The notes: generated by a model not told the origin, from the sequence alone. A stretch of DNA of 64,000 nucleotides from Erysipelotrichaceae bacterium (GCA_963586925.1 CAVAAT010000016.1:30774-94773); one strand, 5' to 3'; counted from the first letter of the stretch, positions 31,407 to 39,732 are shown. Numbers and translations: made by a program.

Positions 31407-32612
31407 CTATTCAGGTTTTTTAGTTCCACAATTTGAGCAGAATTTACCAGTATTTACTGTTCCACAACTACAAGTCCAACTATTAGACTCAGGTTTTTTA
31501 GTTCCACAATTTGAACAGAATTTACCAGTATTTACTGTTCCACAACTACAAGTCCAACCTTGCTGTTGACTAGTCTGAGAAGCTTGTTGATCATTTGCCA
31601 TATTGAAGAAATTCATCGCATTCATACCACCAGCATTCTGAGCCATGTTCATGCCCATAAAGCCAACTGTAGCTCCGGCAGCATTAGATGAAGCATTCTT
31701 CATCGCTTCGATCTGAGCATCAACTAAACCAGCACCTGCCATAGCAGCATTAGTATACATACCTGCCTTTTGAGCAGCTTTGATCATTTCAGCATCTTCT
31801 TCTGGTAATGTTACAGTTGAGATAGCAACATTAACAACTTTGATTCCTCTTGTTTGAGCCCACTTAGCTGATAATGCTTCATTTAAATAAACTTCTAATT
31901 CGGCATTATGATTAACGATCTCACTAGGTCTCATCTCTAATGAAGATAATTTACCAATAGCTGGCTGTAATGCACTGATGAATTCAGCCTTTAATGTGCT
32001 ATCGATCTCATCTCTTGAATAATAACTACTTACATTTCCACAAACATTACTATAGAAAAGTACTGGATCAACGATACGATAAGAATATTGACCAGCTAAG
32101 CGAACAGAAACATCAACATCTAGATTGATCTTCTTATCAACTACTTTAAATGGAATAGGGTTAGCTGTACCAAACTTATTATCTAAGATCTCTTTTGTAT
32201 TGAAGTAATAAACTCTTTGATCTTTTGCTGTCTCACCACCATAAACAAAACGTTCTTTGATCTCGTTAAATGTAGCTGATAGATTGTCTAATAAATTACC
32301 ACCGAATAATGAAGGTGATGTTGAGCTGTCATAAGTAAATCCACCTGCCTCAGCACATAATTCTACTACCTTACCTTGATCAACGATGATCATGCATTGT
32401 CCATCATTTACGATGATATTACTACCATTAGTGATGATATTATCACCATTATTGTTAGCGAATAAACCACTAGTGTGTTTTTGTCCTTTCGCAACTAAAA
32501 CATCATTAGCCAATGAATCACAGTAGAAATAATCCTTCCATGAATCTTTCAATGTGCTGACTGCAGCACTTAAACCTGCTTTAATAAGTCCCATTTTTAT
32601 AACTCCTTTCAC
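31407..32612 (-). CDS. SPFH/band-7-like domain protein with C-terminal tandem zinc ribbons (COG4260/YdjI-like)
   Basis: 401 aa; SPFH-like core (RIVDPVLFY...GIKVVNVAISTVTLPEEDAEMIKAAQKA), Ala/Gly/Met-rich linker, two identical 26-aa Zn-ribbon repeats at C-terminus. Confidence 0.75.
   Translation of the reverse strand: MKGVIKMGLIKAGLSAAVSTLKDSWKDYFYCDSLANDVLVAKGQKHTSGLFANNNGDNIITNGSNIIVNDGQCMIIVDQGKVVELCAEAGGFTYDSSTSPSLFGGNLLDNLSATFNEIKERFVYGGETAKDQRVYYFNTKEILDNKFGTANPIPFKVVDKKINLDVDVSVRLAGQYSYRIVDPVLFYSNVCGNVSSYYSRDEIDSTLKAEFISALQPAIGKLSSLEMRPSEIVNHNAELEVYLNEALSAKWAQTRGIKVVNVAISTVTLPEEDAEMIKAAQKAGMYTNAAMAGAGLVDAQIEAMKNASSNAAGATVGFMGMNMAQNAGGMNAMNFFNMANDQQASQTSQQQGWTCSCGTVNTGKFCSNCGTKKPESNSWTCSCGTVNTGKFCSNCGTKKPE
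31412..31558. repeat. In-frame tandem direct repeat, 2 x 69 nt with a 78-nt period (encodes duplicated Zn ribbon)
   Basis: Copies at 31412-31480 and 31490-31558 differ by a single g/a; encode KPESNSWTCSCGTVNTGKFCSNCGTK twice. Confidence 0.8.
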
Positions 32613-32633
32613 TTATTACTTTTTGTTTTTTTA

Positions 32634-34103
32634 TTACTCAACAACAACTAAACGATCTTCTAATGAAATATCGATGATGTTGTTAGTAGCTAAATATTCA
32701 TAGATATTGTCAAAATCATTGGTAGAGACCACTTTGCTCGCCCCATTTTCCAATACCTTTTTTAATGGTAAACCAAAGAATTCATCAAAGTTATTGAAGT
32801 GGAAATTTTGAACACCTACTGTTAATAGTTTATCTCCACTCATTGTTTCTCCACAATATTGATACTTTGTGAAATCCTTGAGAGTCTTGTTATAAACACA
32901 ACTCATACCTTTCGATAATTGATAGAACTCGGTATGATCAAGCCAAGCTTCATCTCGACATATGTGTTTAAGCATACGCATTAGTTGATCACAAGTTACC
33001 TTGATCATATGAACCTTACCGTGATAAGGAAAGCATTCTTTCAAACACCCCAAGGTAACAATCGGTCCTAATTTTTCATTCCTAATTGAACCAGAGCCAT
33101 ATAACATGACATCAAGTCCTAACGATTCTTTTAATATATCAGCAGCTAAACTACCTAAAGTAGTCTGTTGATTCCTTTTTGGATGAGTCAACTGATGTTT
33201 GAATTTAGTTACGATCTTGCCATATTTTAGATCTGTCATACTCTTATAGTTATGGATGATATCATCTAACTGTTGATCTTTTTGACAAGTTAACTCATTT
33301 ATTGGTATATAATTCCAAGAGTAACTATCAATACAATTACTATCTGTATCAACATCAATATCAAATCTCCCTATACCATCTGTTCCCATAGCAGCTTGTA
33401 CAATAGGAATGCCATTAACAACTACTGGTTCACTTAATAATGTATGAGAGTGACCACCAATGATGATATCCACTCCCCATTCAGGATCTAATAATTCAGC
33501 TAATTTCTTATCTTCTTCAATACCAATATGAGTAAGCAAGACGGTAAAATCAATATCGATCCCATTATGAGCATTGCAGATCTTACCAACTTCCTTGGCA
33601 GCATCTTCCGTATCAATGATCGTACCTATAAGTCCTTCCGATTTAGCACAAGCTAATATCTCTTCTGTGACAATACCAATGAATAAGATCTTCATCCCAT
33701 CAATCTCAATGATCTTATATGGATTAAATAGTCTTGCACCATTAGTCTTGATATACATATTCGCATTGACTATCGGAAACTTAGCACACTTTTCAATGAA
33801 CAACAGATGAGCAATACCATAATCAACTTCATGATTACCAATAGAAACCACATCAGGTGCTAAAGCATTCATGATCTCAATAGTTGATATGCCTTTATAC
33901 TCACTATCGATAACTGAACCTCGAAACATATCACCAGCAATACAATAGATGACATTCTTTTCTTCATCCCTTACCTTATTTACGTAGCTAGACAAATAAG
34001 CAACACCACCAACTAATTTTTCATCTATCTTTTCGGCTAGGAAATCACCATGAAGATCATTTGAATGTAAGATAGTCAATTTTTTGATATTTTTCATTGT
34101 CAT
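32634..34103 (-). CDS. Cytoplasmic bifunctional metallophosphatase / 5'-nucleotidase (UshA/YfkN family)
   Basis: 489 aa; no signal peptide; N-terminal calcineurin-like motifs (HSNDLHG, GDMF, GNHEVDYG, GGHSH) plus 5'-nucleotidase C-terminal domain. Confidence 0.8.
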   Translation of the reverse strand: MTMKNIKKLTILHSNDLHGDFLAEKIDEKLVGGVAYLSSYVNKVRDEEKNVIYCIAGDMFRGSVIDSEYKGISTIEIMNALAPDVVSIGNHEVDYGIAHLLFIEKCAKFPIVNANMYIKTNGARLFNPYKIIEIDGMKILFIGIVTEEILACAKSEGLIGTIIDTEDAAKEVGKICNAHNGIDIDFTVLLTHIGIEEDKKLAELLDPEWGVDIIIGGHSHTLLSEPVVVNGIPIVQAAMGTDGIGRFDIDVDTDSNCIDSYSWNYIPINELTCQKDQQLDDIIHNYKSMTDLKYGKIVTKFKHQLTHPKRNQQTTLGSLAADILKESLGLDVMLYGSGSIRNEKLGPIVTLGCLKECFPYHGKVHMIKVTCDQLMRMLKHICRDEAWLDHTEFYQLSKGMSCVYNKTLKDFTKYQYCGETMSGDKLLTVGVQNFHFNNFDEFFGLPLKKVLENGASKVVSTNDFDNIYEYLATNNIIDISLEDRLVVVE

Positions 34104-34110
34104 CCCCTTT

Positions 34111-35019
34111 CTATTGTTGATAAACTTTCAAGTAATACTTTTTGATATTTTCTATCTTGATAAGTTGTTCTTTACCACTATAGTCAAATTCTTCTAAAGC
34201 TAATTTAACTAAATAAGAACCTTCATAAATGCCATAAGTTTTGATCACTAACTCACATAACAAGTACATACTTTCCGAAAGGTAGACTTTATCCTTATTA
34301 TCAGGCAATTCAATCAAGTTCTTTAGATAGGGGCCATTTTTCGAAGTATAGAAATCTTCATTAAAGGCAACTTGGTCAAATAGATAAGCACTAAGCCCTT
34401 GTAAGAAATACAACATACAGTTTAATTTAACTAAATTCATCTTACTACCATCAACAACTTTTTTTTGATAGTTGTTATATAAATATTTTGCTACATCAGA
34501 TAAGTCAGCTCTAACGAAATTCCCTTTGATCTTATCTAATTGTTCTTGAGATATAAGACGATGTTTTTGAAGTTGAAGGTATTTTTGTAAAGTTTCAACT
34601 ATCTCTTGATAACGATCATTTTCAAAGCTATCTTTACTTTCCTCTAACATCAATAAGAATAGTTCAGGATTCTTACTTAGGGTCATTAGTTGATTATCCC
34701 CAAATGATTGGATTGCTCCTTTCTCATAACGATGAACAGTTATCTCTCCTAAGCCTAAAGCAAAGGAGTACTCTCTTTGAGACAAGTCATATTTTTTTCG
34801 GATATCTTTTATATCATCACTAGTAAGTAAGCCAATCTTTTTCTTATAAGCGTTGATATAACGTAATTGGTTATCTTTTTCAACATTTTTGAAATAGACC
34901 TCTTCATTAGTAGAACTATCAAGATAATAAATTTCAACATATTCTACTATTTCATTATGATAATGCCTTTTAATAGTTCTCTTCTTTTCAATATATTTCT
35001 TGTCTAATACCTGTTTCAT
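34111..35019 (-). CDS. MqsA-like HTH fused to Panacea (DUF4065/SocA-like) domain protein, antitoxin-like
   Basis: 302 aa; HTH segment LSQREYSFALGLGEITVHRYEKG; C-terminal KLNCMLYFLQGLSAYLFDQVAFNEDFYTSKNGPY matches DUF4065 core (KLQKLLYYAQGW...W..GPV); 7-nt gap to downstream nucleotidase gene. Confidence 0.6.
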   Translation of the reverse strand: MKQVLDKKYIEKKRTIKRHYHNEIVEYVEIYYLDSSTNEEVYFKNVEKDNQLRYINAYKKKIGLLTSDDIKDIRKKYDLSQREYSFALGLGEITVHRYEKGAIQSFGDNQLMTLSKNPELFLLMLEESKDSFENDRYQEIVETLQKYLQLQKHRLISQEQLDKIKGNFVRADLSDVAKYLYNNYQKKVVDGSKMNLVKLNCMLYFLQGLSAYLFDQVAFNEDFYTSKNGPYLKNLIELPDNKDKVYLSESMYLLCELVIKTYGIYEGSYLVKLALEEFDYSGKEQLIKIENIKKYYLKVYQQ

Positions 35020-35046
35020 ATCTATAGTATAGCACTACATCAAAAA

Positions 35047-35085
35047 TTATCAATAGATAATTTTATTTTTGTTATCAAATGATAA
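35047..35085. promoter_or_regulatory. Two palindromic operator-like sites (TTATCAatAGATAA and TTATCAaaTGATAA) in the promoter region upstream of the HTH-Panacea gene
   Basis: Two 14-nt TTATCA-N2-TGATAA-type inverted repeats 25 nt apart, 28-66 nt upstream of the HTH-Panacea start. Confidence 0.35.
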
Positions 35086-35153
35086 TTTTTAATTATATAT
35101 TGTCTTAAATCTCAGCTCATGATAAAATATCAACAGAATTGAGGCTATTTTTT

Positions 35154-35861
35154 ATGAAGTATTATATTTCAGATCTACATTTTTTTCATCGTAATATCTA
35201 CACTTTAGATTATAGGGACTTTGAAACTCTTTTTGATATGCATGATAACATGATCAAGAATTGGAATGAAAAAGTCACAGATAATGATGAGGTATATATT
35301 GTTGGTGATTTCTCTTTTGGTAATGGCTCGCAAACTTGGGAAGTTTTAAATAAACTTAATGGTACCCTTATCCTCATTGAGGGTAATCACGATAATTTCT
35401 ACCTAGATGACCCAGAGTTTGTAGACACCTTTGATTATGTCTGCTCATATATGGAGTTACAAGATCAACAGAGAAAAGTAATCTTATCACACTACCCTAT
35501 GGCTTTCTATAATGGTCAATTCTATAAAGATAATAATGGGAACTATTCAACTTATATGTTATATGGTCATGTTCATAATACCTATGATGAATATCTTCTC
35601 AATCACACAATGAACTTTATAAATTCTCAAGATAGAACAGATATAACAAACCAAATAGTTCAGACTCCTCAACAAATGATCAATGTCTTCTGTTGTTTCA
35701 GTAATTATCAACCTATGTCCTTAGATGAATGGATAGAGATCGATAAAAAAAGACGTCAGCTTATCAATAAATGGGAAGCTGACTATGGAACTTTAGACTA
35801 CGAAAAATGGCAACAATTAAACCACACCATGATCCAACAAGGAAAAAAACAATTTAAATAG
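35154..35861 (+). CDS. Calcineurin-like metallophosphoesterase
   Basis: ISDLHF, GDFSFG, GNHDN, HYP, GHVH motifs; start chosen at MKYYISDLHF. Confidence 0.75.
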   Translation: MKYYISDLHFFHRNIYTLDYRDFETLFDMHDNMIKNWNEKVTDNDEVYIVGDFSFGNGSQTWEVLNKLNGTLILIEGNHDNFYLDDPEFVDTFDYVCSYMELQDQQRKVILSHYPMAFYNGQFYKDNNGNYSTYMLYGHVHNTYDEYLLNHTMNFINSQDRTDITNQIVQTPQQMINVFCCFSNYQPMSLDEWIEIDKKRRQLINKWEADYGTLDYEKWQQLNHTMIQQGKKQFK

Positions 35862-36408
35862 TCTTTGTAACAAGAATGACTTCTGGTGGACACTTATCAC
35901 TATTAAGTGTATCGATCTTTCTTATATGATATTTTTTATCTAGAGTAGATATATATTCTAATAAATCTGCTCTTTCTTTTTTCCCTTCAGTGTGACCATA
36001 GTAACAAGTTATCACTAATAGTCCATTAACTTTCAATAATCCTAATGATTTTTCTACAGCTTTGATCGTTGTATCAGAAACAGTAGTAATAGCCTTATCC
36101 CCTTTTGGAAGATAACCTAGGTTAAATAAGATTACATCACATTTTTCTTTGACATATTTATCAATATTTTCATGACCATCTAAGATCAATCGATAATTAC
36201 TTTTAGCATTTTCTTTTAATAATCTTTCAGTAGCCTCTAAAGCTTGTTTTTGGATATCAAAGCCATAAACAAACTTAGAAGATTTAGCTAAAAACAAAGT
36301 ATCATTGCCATTACCGCAAGTACAATCAACTGTTATGGCATCTTTATTTAAATACATACTACAAAGATATTGGACAAGACTAGTAGTCTTTACAACGATA
36401 TTGTTCAT
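35854..36408 (-). CDS. Class I SAM-dependent methyltransferase (YtqB/MnmM-like small RNA methyltransferase)
   Basis: 184 aa; DCTCGNGNDTLFLAK motif I. Confidence 0.7.
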   Translation of the reverse strand: MNNIVVKTTSLVQYLCSMYLNKDAITVDCTCGNGNDTLFLAKSSKFVYGFDIQKQALEATERLLKENAKSNYRLILDGHENIDKYVKEKCDVILFNLGYLPKGDKAITTVSDTTIKAVEKSLGLLKVNGLLVITCYYGHTEGKKERADLLEYISTLDKKYHIRKIDTLNSDKCPPEVILVTKTI

Positions 36409-36836
36409 CTTTTTCTTCCTTTCACTATAAGAAAAAATATATAACCGATGATCGCACCCACAACATTTAAGATGACATCATCAATATCTGTTGTTCCTAA
36501 TTTAGTCAAGTATTGAACTATTTCTACTAAAGTTGAAATAGCGATCACTGTCAGTAACATGTAAAAGAATTTTCTTTGTTTTCTAAAAAGAGTTGGCAAG
36601 AAAAAACCCATAGGTATAAATAAAAGCACATTACCAAATAAATTTTCAAAAGCTAAATATCTATATGGCATATATTCGCTTTTCAATAAAGGATAAAACA
36701 TCCTAAAAGAATAAAATGGTTTTAAATTGAGTCCTGCATCAGGATCAAACTCTCTTTCTAAAAACAATAGATATATTAATATAAGGATATAAACGATAAA
36801 TAGATAAGGTTCTATCCTTTTTATCTTCTTAGCCAT
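36405..36836 (-). CDS. VanZ-family membrane protein
   Basis: 143 aa, 4 TM; C-terminal TDIDDVILNVVGAIIGY VanZ signature. Confidence 0.65.
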   Translation of the reverse strand: MAKKIKRIEPYLFIVYILILIYLLFLEREFDPDAGLNLKPFYSFRMFYPLLKSEYMPYRYLAFENLFGNVLLFIPMGFFLPTLFRKQRKFFYMLLTVIAISTLVEIVQYLTKLGTTDIDDVILNVVGAIIGYIFFLIVKGRKR

Positions 36837-36936
36837 GGCTTCACCTCGCTATTATTATACTCTTTTTATTTATAGTAAGCATTTAGCTTGCACAAAAGCT
36901 ATACTTTAATGTAAATTAACTTTAGGAGGTAGTAAT

Positions 36937-37959
36937 ATGAAAATCGCATTCTTTGATAGCAAGCCTTACGATATCACTTCCTTTGAAAAATATCAAAGTG
37001 AAGATCTAGAATTTAAGTTTTATGAAACCAAACTAAACATCGACACCGTCTCTCTAGCAAAAGGTAATGATGCAATATGCTTATTTGTCAATGATACTTG
37101 TAATAAGGAAGTCATTGATAAATTAGTAGAATATGGCATCAAATTAATAGTATTGCGTTGTGCAGGATACAACAATATCGATCTTTCTTATTGTTATGGT
37201 AAGATCCATGTTATGCATGTACCTGCTTACTCACCATACGCAGTAAGCGAACATGCTATGGCTCTACTATTAACTTCTGTAAGAAGGATCCATAAAGCCT
37301 ATAATCGTGTCAAAGAATACAATTTTTCTTTAAATGATCTTATAGGTTTTGACCTTCATGATAAGACTGTTGGAGTCATCGGTACTGGCAAGATCGGTAG
37401 ATGTTTTATCAACATCTGTAAAGGATTTGGTATGAACATACTTGCTTATGATCCCTATCCAAGTGGTGAATATAACTACACCGATCTTAATACAATATTT
37501 AAAGAAAGTGATATCATCTCACTTCATTGCCCTTTAACTAAAGATACTTATCATCTAATAGATAAAGAAAGCATTGACAAAATGAAGAAAGGGGTCATCA
37601 TCATCAACACTTCTCGAGGAGCTCTCATTGATTCTAATGATCTACTTGAAGGTATCAAGGCTCGTAAGATCGGAGCTGCTTGTTTAGATGTATACGAAGA
37701 AGAAGCAGATATCTTTTATCATGACTACTCTAACCACATCTTAGATGATGACTTATTAGCCCGTCTTATATCGATGCCTAATGTCATCATCACTTCTCAT
37801 CAAGCATATTTGACTAATGAAGCTTTAGATAATATAGCCGAGACTACCATCAACAATATCCGAGACTTCTCAAAAGGAAATATAAGCAATAATGAGTTAT
37901 GTTACAATTGTTCAAAAATTGAAGATTGTAAGAAGAAAAGAGCACAAAAATGTTTTTAA
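36937..37959 (+). CDS. ldhA: D-lactate / D-2-hydroxyacid dehydrogenase (NAD-dependent)
   Basis: GVIGTGKIGRCF Rossmann motif, catalytic R/E/H context of D-isomer-specific 2-hydroxyacid dehydrogenases; unusual Cys-rich C-terminal tail. Confidence 0.85.
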   Translation: MKIAFFDSKPYDITSFEKYQSEDLEFKFYETKLNIDTVSLAKGNDAICLFVNDTCNKEVIDKLVEYGIKLIVLRCAGYNNIDLSYCYGKIHVMHVPAYSPYAVSEHAMALLLTSVRRIHKAYNRVKEYNFSLNDLIGFDLHDKTVGVIGTGKIGRCFINICKGFGMNILAYDPYPSGEYNYTDLNTIFKESDIISLHCPLTKDTYHLIDKESIDKMKKGVIIINTSRGALIDSNDLLEGIKARKIGAACLDVYEEEADIFYHDYSNHILDDDLLARLISMPNVIITSHQAYLTNEALDNIAETTINNIRDFSKGNISNNELCYNCSKIEDCKKKRAQKCF

Positions 37960-37983
37960 AAAAGTGGGACAAACCCACTTTTA

Positions 37984-38250
37984 TCATCTTAAAGAATCTT
38001 GCTTTTTTAGATCTACAGTTATCATTTCTTCAAGCCCAACTTTAAATATCAGAGCAAGCTTAACTAGATCTTCTAAATCTGGTGTCTTTATGCCATTGAC
38101 CCATTGGCCAATGAGAAAGACCATATCAGTTTCATAGCCTAAACTTACTAATAACTCTTTATAAGTCATCTTACTCTTTTTTAAAAGATACTTCAGATTT
38201 TCAACAAAATAGATCGTTATCTTTTGATCTTGAAAATCGATCTTCATCAT
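37984..38250 (-). CDS. XRE-family HTH transcriptional regulator (small)
   Basis: MTYKELLVSLGY...GQWVNGIKTPDLEDLVKLALIF HTH_XRE pattern; 4-nt overlap with upstream SIMPL gene. Confidence 0.55.
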   Translation of the reverse strand: MMKIDFQDQKITIYFVENLKYLLKKSKMTYKELLVSLGYETDMVFLIGQWVNGIKTPDLEDLVKLALIFKVGLEEMITVDLKKQDSLR

Positions 38251-38915
38251 TCAAACTCCCATTCAAAACTAGCAGAATCATTAACTGTAATATCTTGAGC
38301 CGTGATATCCATAGTACTTGCTTCTAAACAGTCATCAGCATCTAAATCATTAGAACAGCCATAAGTTGTATTACTATAAAATTTAACAGTTGAATATGAA
38401 TAATTGATATCGACTAAAGAACCTAATTTGACATTATTAGCTTTGGCTAAGATCTTAGCCTTGTTAGTAGCATCAAAAGTGATCTTTTCTAGTAATTCTC
38501 TTTTAACTTTTTCTGTGTCTTTTACAGTGAAACGAATACTAAAATCAGCATGTGCTGCACAATTAGACAAAGTCTTAATGATCAAAGATAATCTTTCATT
38601 ATCGTAGTCGCATTTTAAGATAAGTTTATGGTTAACTTGATAACCAACCATTTTACTTACATAATTATTCTTTTCATCACGATAACTCTCATAACGCTTA
38701 TCAACATTAAAAGAAACAGTCTTGATATCTTCTTTCTCAAAGCCGATTTTGATAAGATCAAGTTGTAATTGTTCTAATTGATGTTGAGCTAATTTATAAG
38801 CCTCATCATATACTTCGTTGATTGATTGTAAAGAAATATTAAATTCAATCTGATCAACTTTAACAGATAGACTACCTTCCCCAGTTATTCGTATCCTTTT
38901 ATCCATAATGATCAC
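38247..38915 (-). CDS. SIMPL-domain (DUF541) protein
   Basis: 222 aa; IRITGEGSLSVKVDQIEFNISL...N.KAKILAKANNVKLGSLVDINYS pattern typical of SIMPL/26-kDa periplasmic immunogenic protein family. Confidence 0.65.
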   Translation of the reverse strand: MIIMDKRIRITGEGSLSVKVDQIEFNISLQSINEVYDEAYKLAQHQLEQLQLDLIKIGFEKEDIKTVSFNVDKRYESYRDEKNNYVSKMVGYQVNHKLILKCDYDNERLSLIIKTLSNCAAHADFSIRFTVKDTEKVKRELLEKITFDATNKAKILAKANNVKLGSLVDINYSYSTVKFYSNTTYGCSNDLDADDCLEASTMDITAQDITVNDSASFEWEFE

Positions 38916-38988
38916 TCCTCACTATCATTATCTTACCGTTTTTTTTACCATAATTCAATAAATAGCTATTTATAGCAAATATATTTTA

Positions 38989-39017
38989 TTGCATTTTGAA
39001 TATAGGTTTGTTAAAAT
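38989..39017 (+). promoter_or_regulatory. Sigma-A-type promoter of rpsT (TTGCAT-N17-TAAAAT)
   Basis: Hexamers at 38989-38994 and 39012-39017, about 35 nt upstream of the rpsT start. Confidence 0.4.
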
Positions 39018-39050
39018 ATTAAGGCAAAAGAAACTAAAGGGAGGTAAGTT

Positions 39051-39315
39051 TATGCCTAATATCAAGTCTCAGAAGAAACGTGCTATCACAAACTTAAAAG
39101 CTAACGCTGTTAATAAAGCATTAAAGAGCGAATTAAAGACTGCAATTAAGAAAGTTTTAGAAGCTGTTGAAGCTAAAGATGCTGAAACTGCAAAGACTGC
39201 TTTAAATGAAGCTGTTTCTAAGTTAGATAAATCTGTAACTAGTGGTATTCATCATAAAAACTATGCTAGTCGTCAAAAAGCACGTTTAGCAAAGGCTGTT
39301 AATTCATTAGCTTAA
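39051..39315 (+). CDS. rpsT: 30S ribosomal protein S20
   Basis: MPNIKSQKKRAITNLKANAVNKALKSELKTAIKK; GGGAGG RBS 8 nt upstream; the longer track ORF start at 38989 was not used. Confidence 0.9.
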
Positions 39316-39353
39316 AAAAACAACTAAGGACCTCATTTGAGGCCCTTTTGTTT
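39314..39353. terminator. Bidirectional Rho-independent terminator between rpsT (+) and the lipoprotein gene (-)
   Basis: aggacctca-ttt-tgaggccct hairpin flanked by A-run upstream and T-run downstream. Confidence 0.5.
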
Positions 39354-39732
39354 ACTTCCAATAAGGTCTTTCTTCTTTACTACCAGCAGTATACATACCA
39401 GTTTGTTCATTATAATTAGAAGAAATGACTTTCCAAGTCTGAACATATAATCCTTTAGTGACATCAGCATCATATGTTGCTGTTAGTTCACTATCCTTTG
39501 TTACAATCCTAACTAAATCTTGATCATCACTATAAATTTTCTCTTGCATATAGTAATCATCCTTTGAAATAACAGAATACTCATTAACTACCCAAATACG
39601 TTTGTCATCATCATACTCAACAACACGCCAATCGGATTGCTCATTATCATGATCATCCTCACCATTATTGTTTGTCGTAGTACAACCAAATAAAGCCAAC
39701 AAAACCAAAAGTAACAGTATTAATTTTTTCAT
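39352..39732 (-). CDS. Hypothetical lipoprotein
   Basis: 126 aa; lipobox LFGCT; no known domain. Confidence 0.55.
   Translation of the reverse strand: MKKLILLLLVLLALFGCTTTNNNGEDDHDNEQSDWRVVEYDDDKRIWVVNEYSVISKDDYYMQEKIYSDDQDLVRIVTKDSELTATYDADVTKGLYVQTWKVISSNYNEQTGMYTAGSKEERPYWK

Noticed and set aside
31412-31558. Tandem repeat considered as a possible CRISPR-like or mobile repeat
   Set aside because: Only two units, in-frame within a CDS, encoding duplicated Zn-ribbon peptides. No spacers and no cas genes.
23694-35861. Accessory stretch considered as a prophage or integrative element
   Set aside because: No integrase, recombinase, transposase, tRNA target or flanking direct repeats detected. 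Only AT-richness and non-core gene content suggest horizontal origin.
38989-39050. Upstream extension of the rpsT ORF (track start at 38989, MHFEYRF...)
   Set aside because: The extension overlaps the promoter -35/-10 elements and has no RBS. The conserved S20 N-terminus MPNIKSQKKR begins at 39051, right after a GGGAGG RBS.
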